Below, piece by piece: positions 50,301 through 57,272 of a DNA stretch of 64,000 nt; position 1 is the stretch's first letter; each line of letters begins with the position of its first letter. Under the pieces are notes generated by a model. It was not told the DNA's origin. It did no database searches and worked only from the letters and a program-made list of their open reading frames with translations. The position numbers and the translations under genes were made by a program. The DNA is from Bacteroidota bacterium. GTDB lineage: Bacteria > Bacteroidota > Ignavibacteria > UBA10030. The stretch is taken from the NCBI GenBank assembly GCA_049522195.1, contig JBEKOB010000008.1:1251-65250 (forward strand), read 5' to 3'.

Positions 50301-52616
50301 GGAGCAGTCTTAGTTTCTGTGAGTCCGACGCTAAGCTGGAATGCGTCTGTGGGGGCCACAAGTTACACTCTCCAGGTATCAACGGCCGCAGATTTCTCGG
50401 CACTGATCGTCAACCAGAGCGGCATTACAGGAACCTCGGCGCCCGTCTCCGGATTGTCTAACAGCACGGTGTATTATTGGAGGGTGAGTGCGAGCAATGT
50501 AGGCGGATCGAGTTCATATTCGTCCGCATTTACTTTCACGACTATAATAGCTCCGCCGGCCGCGCCCTCACTCCTTTCGCCCCACGATACGGCAACAGGT
50601 GTCGCGATAAGTCCATCGTTCACATGGAATACTTCTCCGACAGCGACGTCGTACACAATTCAAGTCTCAACGAGCCCGAGTTTCGCGTCCTTTGTCGTCA
50701 ACGTAAGCGGTATCACACCGACTTCGTACAACGCGTTTGGACTGGGCGGCAACGGCACGTTCTATTGGCGCGTGAGTGCAACAAATGCCGGCGGGACGAG
50801 TTCCTTCTCCGCTCCATTTTCGTTTTCAACACTATTGACGGCGCCGTCGGCGCCGACGCTGGTTTCGCCGGCGAACATCGCTACAGGTATTTCGACTAAT
50901 CCGACTCTCAGCTGGAATGCCTCGCCAGCGGCGACGAGCTACTTTTTAGAGGTATCGACCGCTGCCGATTTCTCGGTCCTGATCGTATTCCAACCTAGCA
51001 TTGCGGCCACGTCCTACAATGCGAGCGGGTTGCTCCCGAATACACAATATTATTGGCGCGTAAGCGCCGCGAATACGGCAGGGGGAGGGTCATTCTCGAG
51101 TGCATTTTCATTTACAACAGGAATTGCGCTCGCGGCTCCGACGCTCATCTCGCCTGCGAATGGTGCGACAGGTGTTTTACGGTTTAGTGCGATCTTGATC
51201 TGGCATCCCTCTGCTGGCGCGACGTCGTATAAAGTGCAAGTTTCCCTAACTTCGGACATGTCACTCTTGGTAGTAGATCAGTCAAACATTACCGACACTT
51301 CGTTTACTCTTGGACAATTGGCTCCTGGTACACAATACTACTGGGCAGTGAAGCCAGTAAATGCCGGTGGAGAGGGTGTATCCTCGGCAGTTTATTCGTT
51401 TACAACGATCGTGTCCCTTCCACAGGCTCCAGCGCTCATCTCGCCTTCGAATGGTGCGACTAGCGTTTCGCCGACCAATCCAACGTTAATCTGGCATTCT
51501 TCTGCTGGTGCCACGTCGTATACACTTCTAGTTTCCACAACGGCAAATATGTCAGCCTTGATCGTAAACCAATCCAACATCACTGACACTTCATTCACTC
51601 TGGGAGTATTGAGCCTCGGTGCACAGTTCTACTGGGCCGTAAGGCCAGCGAATGCAAGCGGACAGGGTCCAATCTCCGCTGTCTATTCGTTTACAGTAAT
51701 CACGCCTCCCCAGGCCCCGACGCTGATCTCGCCCGCGAATGGTGCGACCAGTGTTTCGCCGAATAATCCAACGTGGGTCTGGCATTCTGCCGCTGGTGCG
51801 ACGTCGTATACGCTTGCGGTATCCACAAACGCAAACATGACAGACTTGATATTGATCCATCCAAATATCTCCGACACTTCGTTTACTCTCGCAGGATCAT
51901 TGAATTATGGTACACAATACTATTGGGGCGTAAGGCCGGCGAATGCAAGCGGAGAGGGCGTATTCTCTGCTGTCTTTTCGTTTACAACGATCGTTATCCG
52001 TCCACAGGCCCCTCCGACCCTCATCTCGCCTGCGAATGGTGCGATTAGTGTCTCACCTAATAATCCAACATTGGTCTGGCATTCTGTAGCAGGTGCGACG
52101 TCATATACACTTTTGGTTTCCACAACTGCAGACATGTCGGCGTTGATACTAAACCGCCCAAATATCACAGACACTTCGTCTACTCTTGGAGTCTTGAACT
52201 CAGGCACACATTACTACTGGGCTGTGAGGCCGGCGAATGCTGGCGGAGAGGGTGTATTCTCTACGGTGTTTTCCTTCACGACGGCGGGCGCGGCGACACT
52301 GGTCGAGTACATGAAAAGCTCAATTGCCGACAAATACCTGCTGGATCAGAACTATCCGAACCCGTTCAACCCATCCACGATGATACCCTATTCATTACCG
52401 CACAGGAGCGTAGTTCGCGTGTCAGTCTACTCTCTCCTTGGAACCGAGGTTGCGGTGCTTGTCAACGGTGAGCGGTCGGCGGGATCGTACGAAGTGCGGC
52501 TCGATGCAGCCGCATTTCCTTCAGGAGTCTATCTTATAAAAATGCAGGCTTCGCCGCTCGAAGGAGGTACCGGGCAACCGTTTGTTGCCACCAGAAAGGT
52601 TGTCCTGCTCAAGTAG
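47358..52616 (+). CDS. Giant secreted protein: 3 cohesin-like and 2 Big_2-like modules, 11 FN3-like repeats, T9SS sorting domain
   Basis: Signal peptide ending AAAQA, and one uninterrupted 1752-codon ORF. The start lies 58 nt after the previous gene. Confidence 0.85.
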   Translation: MMSHTLRSTLLSIALVVCLVAAAEPAAAQAKLLTVPDTTAKKGDTLLVPLRISSLATLDSVYSGQFTLSYNSGVMYIYDISTAGTLLAGTGNVSFNPTTRQLAFASGTIITGSGPLIYLKVATSASPSSLTDVISVTSAAFNEGTPAITIHNGNFRFRTITISPKTPPGNLVVGDSLQFSVSGDQIPPLTWTSSNPSFATIDANGKLHGVGVGQLTVYVQDSQGLRDSTNLFPINSPLLNSLTLSLHDTSYTQTLTFNLPVYISDVTSLGIISSQFTLTFNSSILQALDVIKAGSMSSTWTAPAYNISGGRIDVALAGSQPLSGSGVLVYVRFKVLPAASGSTTIALSNVLFNETIHASLVNGNFGTIAAPILIIAPATGILTKGDTTTFRVTSGGHPPYSWTSTSPSVATINNTTGLLTAIARGTTTVAVVDSLSFTATSGSIAVNDLRVSLPDTSVNIADSVDVPITTDLLTGLGIYSYDFRLVYDSTVVKIAQVLTAGTLSSGMTIAVRDTVDTLRVGAAGPAPLSGSGTLLKIRFKAAPGVSLSQLSSTRFAFFNFNEPGSGTATATPRNGSITIGNVLPSAPAAPTLLSPTTGATGVAVAPALSWNASTGATSYTLQVSTVANFASTVVNQSGIAATSFSASGLANNTLYYWRVSATNAGGTSAYSTGFSFTTIIAAPPPPSLVSPASASTGVSLTPTLSWNAASTATSYTVQVSTDPAFGSFVINQAGVASTSYVAGGLSGNTTYYWRVSGTNVGGAGNYSSVFNFATGSGAPAAPVLSSPHDTATAIALSPTLSWNAVTGATSYTLQVSTAADFSALVVNQSGIAGVSSSVGPLTATTLYYWRASATNAGGTSAFSSAFRFTTAIAPPAAPTLVSPHDTATGIAVNPTLTWNSSATATSYTVQISTSPTFSSFVVNQNGIATNSYNATGLGGVTLYFWRVSATNAGGSSAFSSTLSFTTTLSPPAAPTLSTPQNGAVLVSVSPTLSWNASVGATSYTLQVSTAADFSALIVNQSGITGTSAPVSGLSNSTVYYWRVSASNVGGSSSYSSAFTFTTIIAPPAAPSLLSPHDTATGVAISPSFTWNTSPTATSYTIQVSTSPSFASFVVNVSGITPTSYNAFGLGGNGTFYWRVSATNAGGTSSFSAPFSFSTLLTAPSAPTLVSPANIATGISTNPTLSWNASPAATSYFLEVSTAADFSVLIVFQPSIAATSYNASGLLPNTQYYWRVSAANTAGGGSFSSAFSFTTGIALAAPTLISPANGATGVLRFSAILIWHPSAGATSYKVQVSLTSDMSLLVVDQSNITDTSFTLGQLAPGTQYYWAVKPVNAGGEGVSSAVYSFTTIVSLPQAPALISPSNGATSVSPTNPTLIWHSSAGATSYTLLVSTTANMSALIVNQSNITDTSFTLGVLSLGAQFYWAVRPANASGQGPISAVYSFTVITPPQAPTLISPANGATSVSPNNPTWVWHSAAGATSYTLAVSTNANMTDLILIHPNISDTSFTLAGSLNYGTQYYWGVRPANASGEGVFSAVFSFTTIVIRPQAPPTLISPANGAISVSPNNPTLVWHSVAGATSYTLLVSTTADMSALILNRPNITDTSSTLGVLNSGTHYYWAVRPANAGGEGVFSTVFSFTTAGAATLVEYMKSSIADKYLLDQNYPNPFNPSTMIPYSLPHRSVVRVSVYSLLGTEVAVLVNGERSAGSYEVRLDAAAFPSGVYLIKMQASPLEGGTGQPFVATRKVVLLK
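47445..49096 (+). other. Three cohesin-like modules (about 47445-47830, 48078-48458, 48701-49096) interleaved with two Big_2-like modules
   Basis: Each cohesin-like unit has G(D)tl.VP(l/i)......l..(i/v)yS.qFtL.Y(n/d)S.v.........G.......... G.l.y(l/v).Fk...... and ends in NGNF/NGSI. The Big_2-like units show G.(s/t)..F.V......(Y/L).WTS(S/T).PSvATI...G.l.a...G...V.V.D. Confidence 0.5.
49107..52284 (+). repeat. Eleven in-frame tandem repeats of about 288 nt (about 96 aa, FN3-like)
   Basis: The repeat unit is P.AP.L.SP..(G/T)AT(G/S)V...P.L.W....GATSYTLQVST...(F/M)S.L(V/I)(V/I)NQS.I..TS....L...T.YYW(R/A)V...NA.G.......F.FTT. Units 1-7 form an SWN/WRVSATNAGG type and units 8-11 an IWHS/WAVRPANA.GEG type. 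Confidence 0.85.
52335..52613 (+). other. T9SS (Por) C-terminal sorting domain
   Basis: YLLDQNYPNPFNPSTMIPYSLP.....VSVYSLLGTEVAVLVNGERSAGSYEVRLDA..FPSGVYLIKM. Confidence 0.8.
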
Positions 52617-52643
52617 ACAAAAGAGGTGATTCACAAAACGCAG

Positions 52644-52679
52644 AAGGCCAGTCCGATTCGGGCTGGCCTTTTGTTGTTT
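52644..52679 (+). terminator. Rho-independent terminator after the giant-protein operon
   Basis: AAGGCCAGTCC-gattc-GGGCTGGCCTT (one G.U) followed by TTGTTGTTT. Confidence 0.7.
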
Positions 52680-52746
52680 GGGGGAAATTTAGAAAGATGT
52701 GCGGTGTCCCTTATTCACGTGTGCCAGTCCTAAAACGGAGAGGCAA

Positions 52747-52812
52747 GGTGAATATCCAATGTCGAATTTCGAATAATGAATGATGAAGTTGATTGTTGAT
52801 TCGTCGGGATGA
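52747..52812. repeat. Direct repeat copy A, ending in a decayed tRNA-Pro 3' fragment
   Basis: This 66-nt segment is about 85% identical by eye to 52987-53052, exactly 240 nt away. It ends in tcgtcgggatga, and further on it carries cgaccccctg, as the real tRNA does. Confidence 0.7.
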
Positions 52813-52986
52813 TCCCGCCTTTGGCGGGACGACCCCCTGTTCGAAATTGTCCGGCGAGCGCTTCTTGCGAGCCGATGACAATTTCAGAATCCCGTTCGCT
52901 TTCTGAACGGGACGCCTACCCTTGCAGCCAAGACCAAGGAAATATCACGACTTGGATTTTCGCCTAGCTTCAAGAACGGAATCACC

Positions 52987-53052
52987 GGTGAATATCCAAT
53001 GTCGAACGCCCAATAACGAATGATGAAGTGAGTTGTTTGTTCGTCGGGATGA
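52987..53052. repeat. Direct repeat copy B (3' flank plus the last 9 nt of tRNA-Pro)
   Basis: See copy A. It starts ggtgaatatccaatgtcgaa and ends tcgtcgggatga, which overlaps the tRNA acceptor 3' strand. Confidence 0.7.
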
Positions 53053-53118
53053 CAGGATTCGAACCTGCGACCCCCTGCGCCCAAGGCAGGTGCTCTAACC
53101 GGGCTGAGCTACATCCCG
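53044..53118 (-). tRNA. tRNA-Pro: tRNA-Pro (anticodon TGG)
   Basis: The - strand reads CGGGATG TA GCTC AGCCCGGTTA GAGC A CCTGC CTTGGGC GCAGG GGGTC GCAGG TTCGAAT CCTGT CATCCCG A. This is a full cloverleaf with a TTCGAAT T-loop and anticodon loop C-T-TGG-G-C. No CCA is encoded. Confidence 0.9.
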
Positions 53119-54036
53119 AAGAAAATCAAAGGTTTTTCCATCTCGCCGCTCGCAAAAAGCATCAAACTAGGGTAGTCTGTTAGCAGTTTGTTAGCAGCTC
53201 TTCCCTCTTGAACCCACTGCATTCGCTCCCCAAATGGTCATTCTTTACCACCGCTCGTTAGCAACACGTTGGGGAATAGCCTTTGGATCCGTCAGTCGAG
53301 CGTATTGAATGATTTCAGTTGCGCACACAATGTACGGAAGGTTGATCACGGACGCAAGGCGTTCGTAGCGGCCCAAACATTCTGCAGACACGTCGTTCTG
53401 TAGAGGCGGTTCTTCCCGTGTCTCCTCCACCGGCACGTTTCTCTGGACTCAGACTGCAAAATGAATTTCTGCAAGAATCGATTTCCGAGCCCGAAAAGTC
53501 CGAGGGTAGAAAAGGACCGCTTAGAATCAGCTTTTTTCCATCGTTGGTCTGGAACAGCTGTTAGCGAATTGCCCCACTACTAATGGGCGAATTTAGAATC
53601 AACGTACTGATGTCTGTGTTTTCCCCAAGAATTGAACAAACTGAAGACCGAAGTCATTTAGCAAGAATACTAGATCCATGATCTAGTACACAAAAACAAA
53701 AGACCCCTGTAGACAGAGAGGTTTTGAGTTACCAGCGATCCAGATGTCACCAAAAAGTTACAATTCCGCGAAAGCCTCTCTCTCGTTGAAGGTGTGGTCT
53801 TGACAAGCGAGAAAATCTCCTCCTCAATGGCTCGATTACGAGTGTTGTTCCGGGGGTCTCCTGCCTACGTATCCATTAGCCTAGCGCAAATACCCAACGA
53901 GCGGCTCGCAGTAAGTCGGTTCTGATTCGATGCTAAAATCGGTGCTAACTCAAGGAACCGGTGTCCGATACAACGAGAGGTAAGCATCCTTCTGGCGCAA
54001 CCACTCACTCAAGACCGATCAAAGAGTCACCTCACA

Positions 54037-54070
54037 ATCCCCGCACCTGCACCTGCAACCGTGTGGGGAT
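54037..54070 (+). repeat. GC hairpin repeat, copy 1 (upstream of the LuxR-type gene)
   Basis: ATCCCCGCAC-ctgcacctgcaacc-GTGTGGGGAT followed by ttctgtttca. It uses the same stem as copy 2, and its loop carries an extra CCTGCA hexamer. Confidence 0.6.
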
Positions 54071-54110
54071 TTCTGTTTCATGCGGAAGTAACAAATGAGG
54101 AACGAACAAC

Positions 54111-54335
54111 TTGAGACTCAAGACCAAGAAACGATTCTTAGGGAGACCCCCTGCACCGAAAGAGCTTGAGACATGGAGGTTGTTGGCTCAAGGACTCACG
54201 AGTAAGGAAATCGCGAGAAAGCGACGGGTGTCGGTCGGAACTATAGAGACAGTTCGATCAATACTCTTGAGCAAGCTCGGTGCGCGCAACACTCCGACAC
54301 TGATCGCTATGTGGTACAGGCAGGAGAAGAAATGA
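54111..54335 (+). CDS. Stand-alone LuxR/GerE-type HTH protein (74 aa)
   Basis: LETWRLLAQGLTSKEIARKRRVSVGTIETVRSILLSKLGARNTPTLI fits the LuxR C-terminal HTH pattern. TTG start with AGGAA 8 nt upstream; there is an in-frame stop 12 nt upstream of the start. Confidence 0.65.
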   Translation: MRLKTKKRFLGRPPAPKELETWRLLAQGLTSKEIARKRRVSVGTIETVRSILLSKLGARNTPTLIAMWYRQEKK

Positions 54336-54363
54336 GATGCACAAAACCTGATCAGAAATCAAA

Positions 54364-54391
54364 ATCCCCGCACCTGCAACTGTGTGGGGAT
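54364..54391 (+). repeat. GC hairpin repeat, copy 2 (probable terminator of the LuxR-type gene)
   Basis: ATCCCCGCAC-ctgcaact-GTGTGGGGAT followed by tgccgtttca, 29 nt after the stop codon. Confidence 0.6.
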
Positions 54392-54527
54392 TGCCGTTTC
54401 AGGGGGAATGTGAGGCGGGGACGGTGGTGGTGAAGACGGTGGTGAGGAGGGATATCATATCATTCGAGCTTCAGCGGAGGCAGTTTGTACCACTCGAATG
54501 CGATCATAGCGATCCGGGTCGCTCAAA

Positions 54528-55010
54528 TCATTTCCGCTTTGACTTACCACTGCTCGTTTGCCCCCGCTCCCATCTGTCCTTCGCCTTCGCATCCACCTTG
54601 GTCTGCCACTGCATGTTGGAGGGGTTATCCCTACCACCGTTGGCCAATGGAATGATATGATCGATAACATATCCAGGCCGTCCGTGCGGATAGCCAGTCT
54701 GCTTCATGAATTGACGTTTCGCCGCCTCACTCCGTTTGATCTTGCCATGTGAATCTCGCTGGACTCCCGTTACGTAGGATTTGCGGTGGGTAGTTGATGA
54801 ACGTATGCTTGGGGCTGACTTCTTCTGGCGTGACGGAGATGACCGGTAGTGACTTGATGAGGATCGTGAATGAGATTGGTAGGTTCGGCTATGAGTTACA
54901 AATGACCGTTTGCCCCCTTTGGATCTTTGTGCGTCGATTGTGGCTGGGGCGAGCAGTAGGCATGCCAGCGCTACGACAAAGGCAGATACTAATCTACGGT
55001 TCATTGCCAT
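54528..55010 (-). CDS. Signal-peptide HNH (His-Me finger) nuclease domain protein
   Basis: MAMNRRLVSAFVVALACLLLAPATIDAQ signal peptide, a Ser/Arg/His-rich linker, then GYVIDHIIPLANGGRDNPSNMQWQTKVDAKAKD (HNH pattern DH.iPl..GG.d...N.Q). The ORF track start at 55040 would overlap the receiver gene. Confidence 0.65.
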   Translation of the reverse strand: MAMNRRLVSAFVVALACLLLAPATIDAQRSKGGKRSFVTHSRTYQSHSRSSSSHYRSSPSRQKKSAPSIRSSTTHRKSYVTGVQRDSHGKIKRSEAAKRQFMKQTGYPHGRPGYVIDHIIPLANGGRDNPSNMQWQTKVDAKAKDRWERGQTSSGKSKRK

Positions 55011-55026
55011 GCCACCCTGGTCACAT

Positions 55027-55407
55027 TCACGGGATACCACCTATTGCGTTTCGCACCGAAGCCAGAATCTCACTTAAACCAGAAGGTTTGAGAATGAAGT
55101 AGAAGGCACCCAAGCGCTTTGCCTCAAGAACCGTTTCCCTGTTCGCATTGCCGGACCAAAAAATAACAGGAGTATCCGCTATGTCTGGATCCGCTTTAAG
55201 TGCCTTAAGGAACTGGAGTCCATCCATGAAGGGTGAGTTGATGTCAGTGATATTCACATCCGCATGGTGTTCTCTGAGCCATGATATTCCAATACTCTTG
55301 GACTCCAATCCGTAGACCTTAAAGCCCGCCTTTTCCAGCTCTTTAATCAGAAGAAGCACAAGATTTTTCTCGTCATCCAGAACCAAAATTACCTTGGGGT
55401 TCATCAC
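55027..55407 (-). CDS. Orphan single-domain response regulator (receiver only)
   Basis: KVILVLDDEKN...DVNITDINSPFMDG...VIFWSG...FILKP: the receiver landmarks DD, D, S/T and K are all present. Confidence 0.75.
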   Translation of the reverse strand: MMNPKVILVLDDEKNLVLLLIKELEKAGFKVYGLESKSIGISWLREHHADVNITDINSPFMDGLQFLKALKADPDIADTPVIFWSGNANRETVLEAKRLGAFYFILKPSGLSEILASVRNAIGGIP

Positions 55408-55458
55408 AGAACGTACTCTCTAATTGCTTGTTTGATGTCTTTTTCAATACCAATTGAT

Positions 55459-55749
55459 CTACGCCGCCCTGGTAATGTTGATCGAACACCACTGCCCCAC
55501 GGTCATCTCACTTCCGGTGATCTTTGTACCAGCCTGCCTCAAGCATACATGTCGATTCAACGGATCACCCAGCCATTCAAGAACCATCCTGCCATTGATC
55601 TCCGCGTCCGAATGCGTCTTGAATAGGAACGCTTCATCGACATTCGCTGACCAGTTGATGGAGTTGAGATCCCAGAACTCAAAATGGCTCAGGTATTCCT
55701 TGCTGTCGGTGCGGCGCAGGATGGTGTATGTGGTTGGGAGGTGATTCAT
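55459..55749 (-). CDS. Small protein of unknown function (96 aa), paralogue of the 55-codon ORF at 57269..57436
   Basis: AAGGAAGGA lies directly upstream of the ATG. The first about 50 residues align with the other small ORF, and many of the differences are synonymous third-position changes (see findings). Confidence 0.65.
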   Translation of the reverse strand: MNHLPTTYTILRRTDSKEYLSHFEFWDLNSINWSANVDEAFLFKTHSDAEINGRMVLEWLGDPLNRHVCLRQAGTKITGSEMTVGQWCSINITRAA

Positions 55750-55835
55750 TCCTTCCTTGACTCATTTAATACGTTGGAGCATTCCAGAACGCTGATTCTG
55801 CGAGCGCCGGTTTGCCATTTGTCAGCCGGCGTGCC

Positions 55836-57272
55836 TCACTTGACAACGACCACACCATCACCATTCCTTATTACTGCGACCGGAGTCCCGCGCACGACAG
55901 CTAGCGTGCACGTGTTGAAATCAATAGATGACTTGTCCGCAGCGTTCGGAATATGGTAGCGATGACTATCTAAGCTGCCCCACACGCTCCATCCGTTTTT
56001 ACGGAGATCGTCGATTTGTTGATTGAAACCAAGCTGAGCTTCAGCCTGAGCTTTCACACCGATATCATCCCAAATGTCGATCCAATCGCGAACACTATCC
56101 AAAAACGAAGCTACTAGCTCAATTTCCGTTTCATTTTTCAACTCTTCATTGAAGATGAGACTAGCTTCGGCGCCGCCAATGATTTTCGCCAGTTGTGATC
56201 CAGAGCCAATGAGCGACAGCCGAGCTGCTTTTAGTGAATGAGATACAGTCTCTAGGATATCAGGTCGGATAACTTTGATTAGCTTCCTGGCGACGACATG
56301 AATTCCATCTTGCCACTTGGCAGCAATTCGATCTGCCAACGGAGGTGAGAAGGCTCTAACCTGTTCGACGTCTACGTTGTGCCAAACTGGAAGTATTAGT
56401 TTCTGACCGTTCGCCTCGCGTTGGGCCAGCCCATCAAGTTCCCGAGTTGGATAGTGCTTACCGAAAAAATGTGGTGAGAGTAATACAATACCAAATTTGC
56501 TGTTGGCAAGTCCTTCGTCGATTTTCTGTCGCAAACTGTCACCTACATTCAGCTCTGTCTGGTCAAACCAAACAGAGATACCCATTCCGCGGAGAAGAAT
56601 AGCCAGTGGAGCGGCTATTACCTCCCGGTCCTCAGATGCATACGAGATGAACGCATCCCACCGAGAGGGTCTGAAAGTTGAATCGAGGACATTGCGAGAT
56701 TCGACCTGCTGAGACTGAGGCTGTTCAAATACCGGTTCGGACCGTGGCTCTAGTTTCTTCTTGATGAAATTCTCCAAGCCATCGTATTGATAGAAGAAAT
56801 CAAATCCAGGCTCTCCTCCAAGGTTGATTTCATATACAAGGTTCTGTTCTTGATCCTTTCCCACCAACACGTGCCAGGTTGGACTCACAAAATCGCGGAC
56901 CAGCTCAAGGATCCGATATTTTTCCTGATCTCCCATGACGTTTTGCGTAGGGAAAGCCGACAATGAGATCTTGTCAACATTGGGGTGCTTCCGCACATAG
57001 TTCTGAATTGCCCTCAAGAGATCGTCCAGAAACTGAATATTGTCATCATCGGGATTGACGTGTGCTAATCCGAGAATAGTGAGGTTTCTTCCCCCTGGAG
57101 CTAGCCTCCAGTCGATTTTGCCCGGATCGAAATCAACAGGGATTTTACCTAACAATTCGGCTTTCAATTCACGCACGGTTCTGGTCTCTTGCTTCCTGAA
57201 TATCTCGTAAAGGGCTTGAAGCCATATTCTCTGTGCGGCATCAATTTTCAGTTGGGGGAGCCTGTACTTCAT
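55836..57272 (-). CDS. TIR-domain protein (478 aa) with unassigned N- and C-terminal domains
   Basis: The central region WDAFISYASEDREVIAAPLAILLRGMGISVWFDQTELNVGDSLRQKIDEGLANSKFGIVLLSPHFFGKHYPTRELDGL (about nt 56283-56657) fits the bacterial TIR_2 pattern, including the conserved Glu. Confidence 0.8.
   Translation of the reverse strand: MKYRLPQLKIDAAQRIWLQALYEIFRKQETRTVRELKAELLGKIPVDFDPGKIDWRLAPGGRNLTILGLAHVNPDDDNIQFLDDLLRAIQNYVRKHPNVDKISLSAFPTQNVMGDQEKYRILELVRDFVSPTWHVLVGKDQEQNLVYEINLGGEPGFDFFYQYDGLENFIKKKLEPRSEPVFEQPQSQQVESRNVLDSTFRPSRWDAFISYASEDREVIAAPLAILLRGMGISVWFDQTELNVGDSLRQKIDEGLANSKFGIVLLSPHFFGKHYPTRELDGLAQREANGQKLILPVWHNVDVEQVRAFSPPLADRIAAKWQDGIHVVARKLIKVIRPDILETVSHSLKAARLSLIGSGSQLAKIIGGAEASLIFNEELKNETEIELVASFLDSVRDWIDIWDDIGVKAQAEAQLGFNQQIDDLRKNGWSVWGSLDSHRYHIPNAADKSSIDFNTCTLAVVRGTPVAVIRNGDGVVVVK

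Noticed and set aside
49107-52284. A regular, roughly 288-nt periodic array that could at first glance be taken for a CRISPR or satellite array
   Set aside because: It lies entirely within one uninterrupted 1752-codon ORF. The units are far longer than CRISPR repeats, have no unique spacers and have diverged at about the 80% level. It is a coding tandem domain repeat.
52884-53084. 66-codon ORF on the - strand
   Set aside because: It overlaps the tRNA-Pro gene and the direct-repeat region. It is an artefact of the tRNA sequence.
53245-53436. 63-codon - strand ORF next to the tRNA, considered as a possible integrase remnant
   Set aside because: It has no tyrosine- or serine-recombinase motif (no R..H.LRH..Y-type residues). 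It is too short and its composition is unremarkable.
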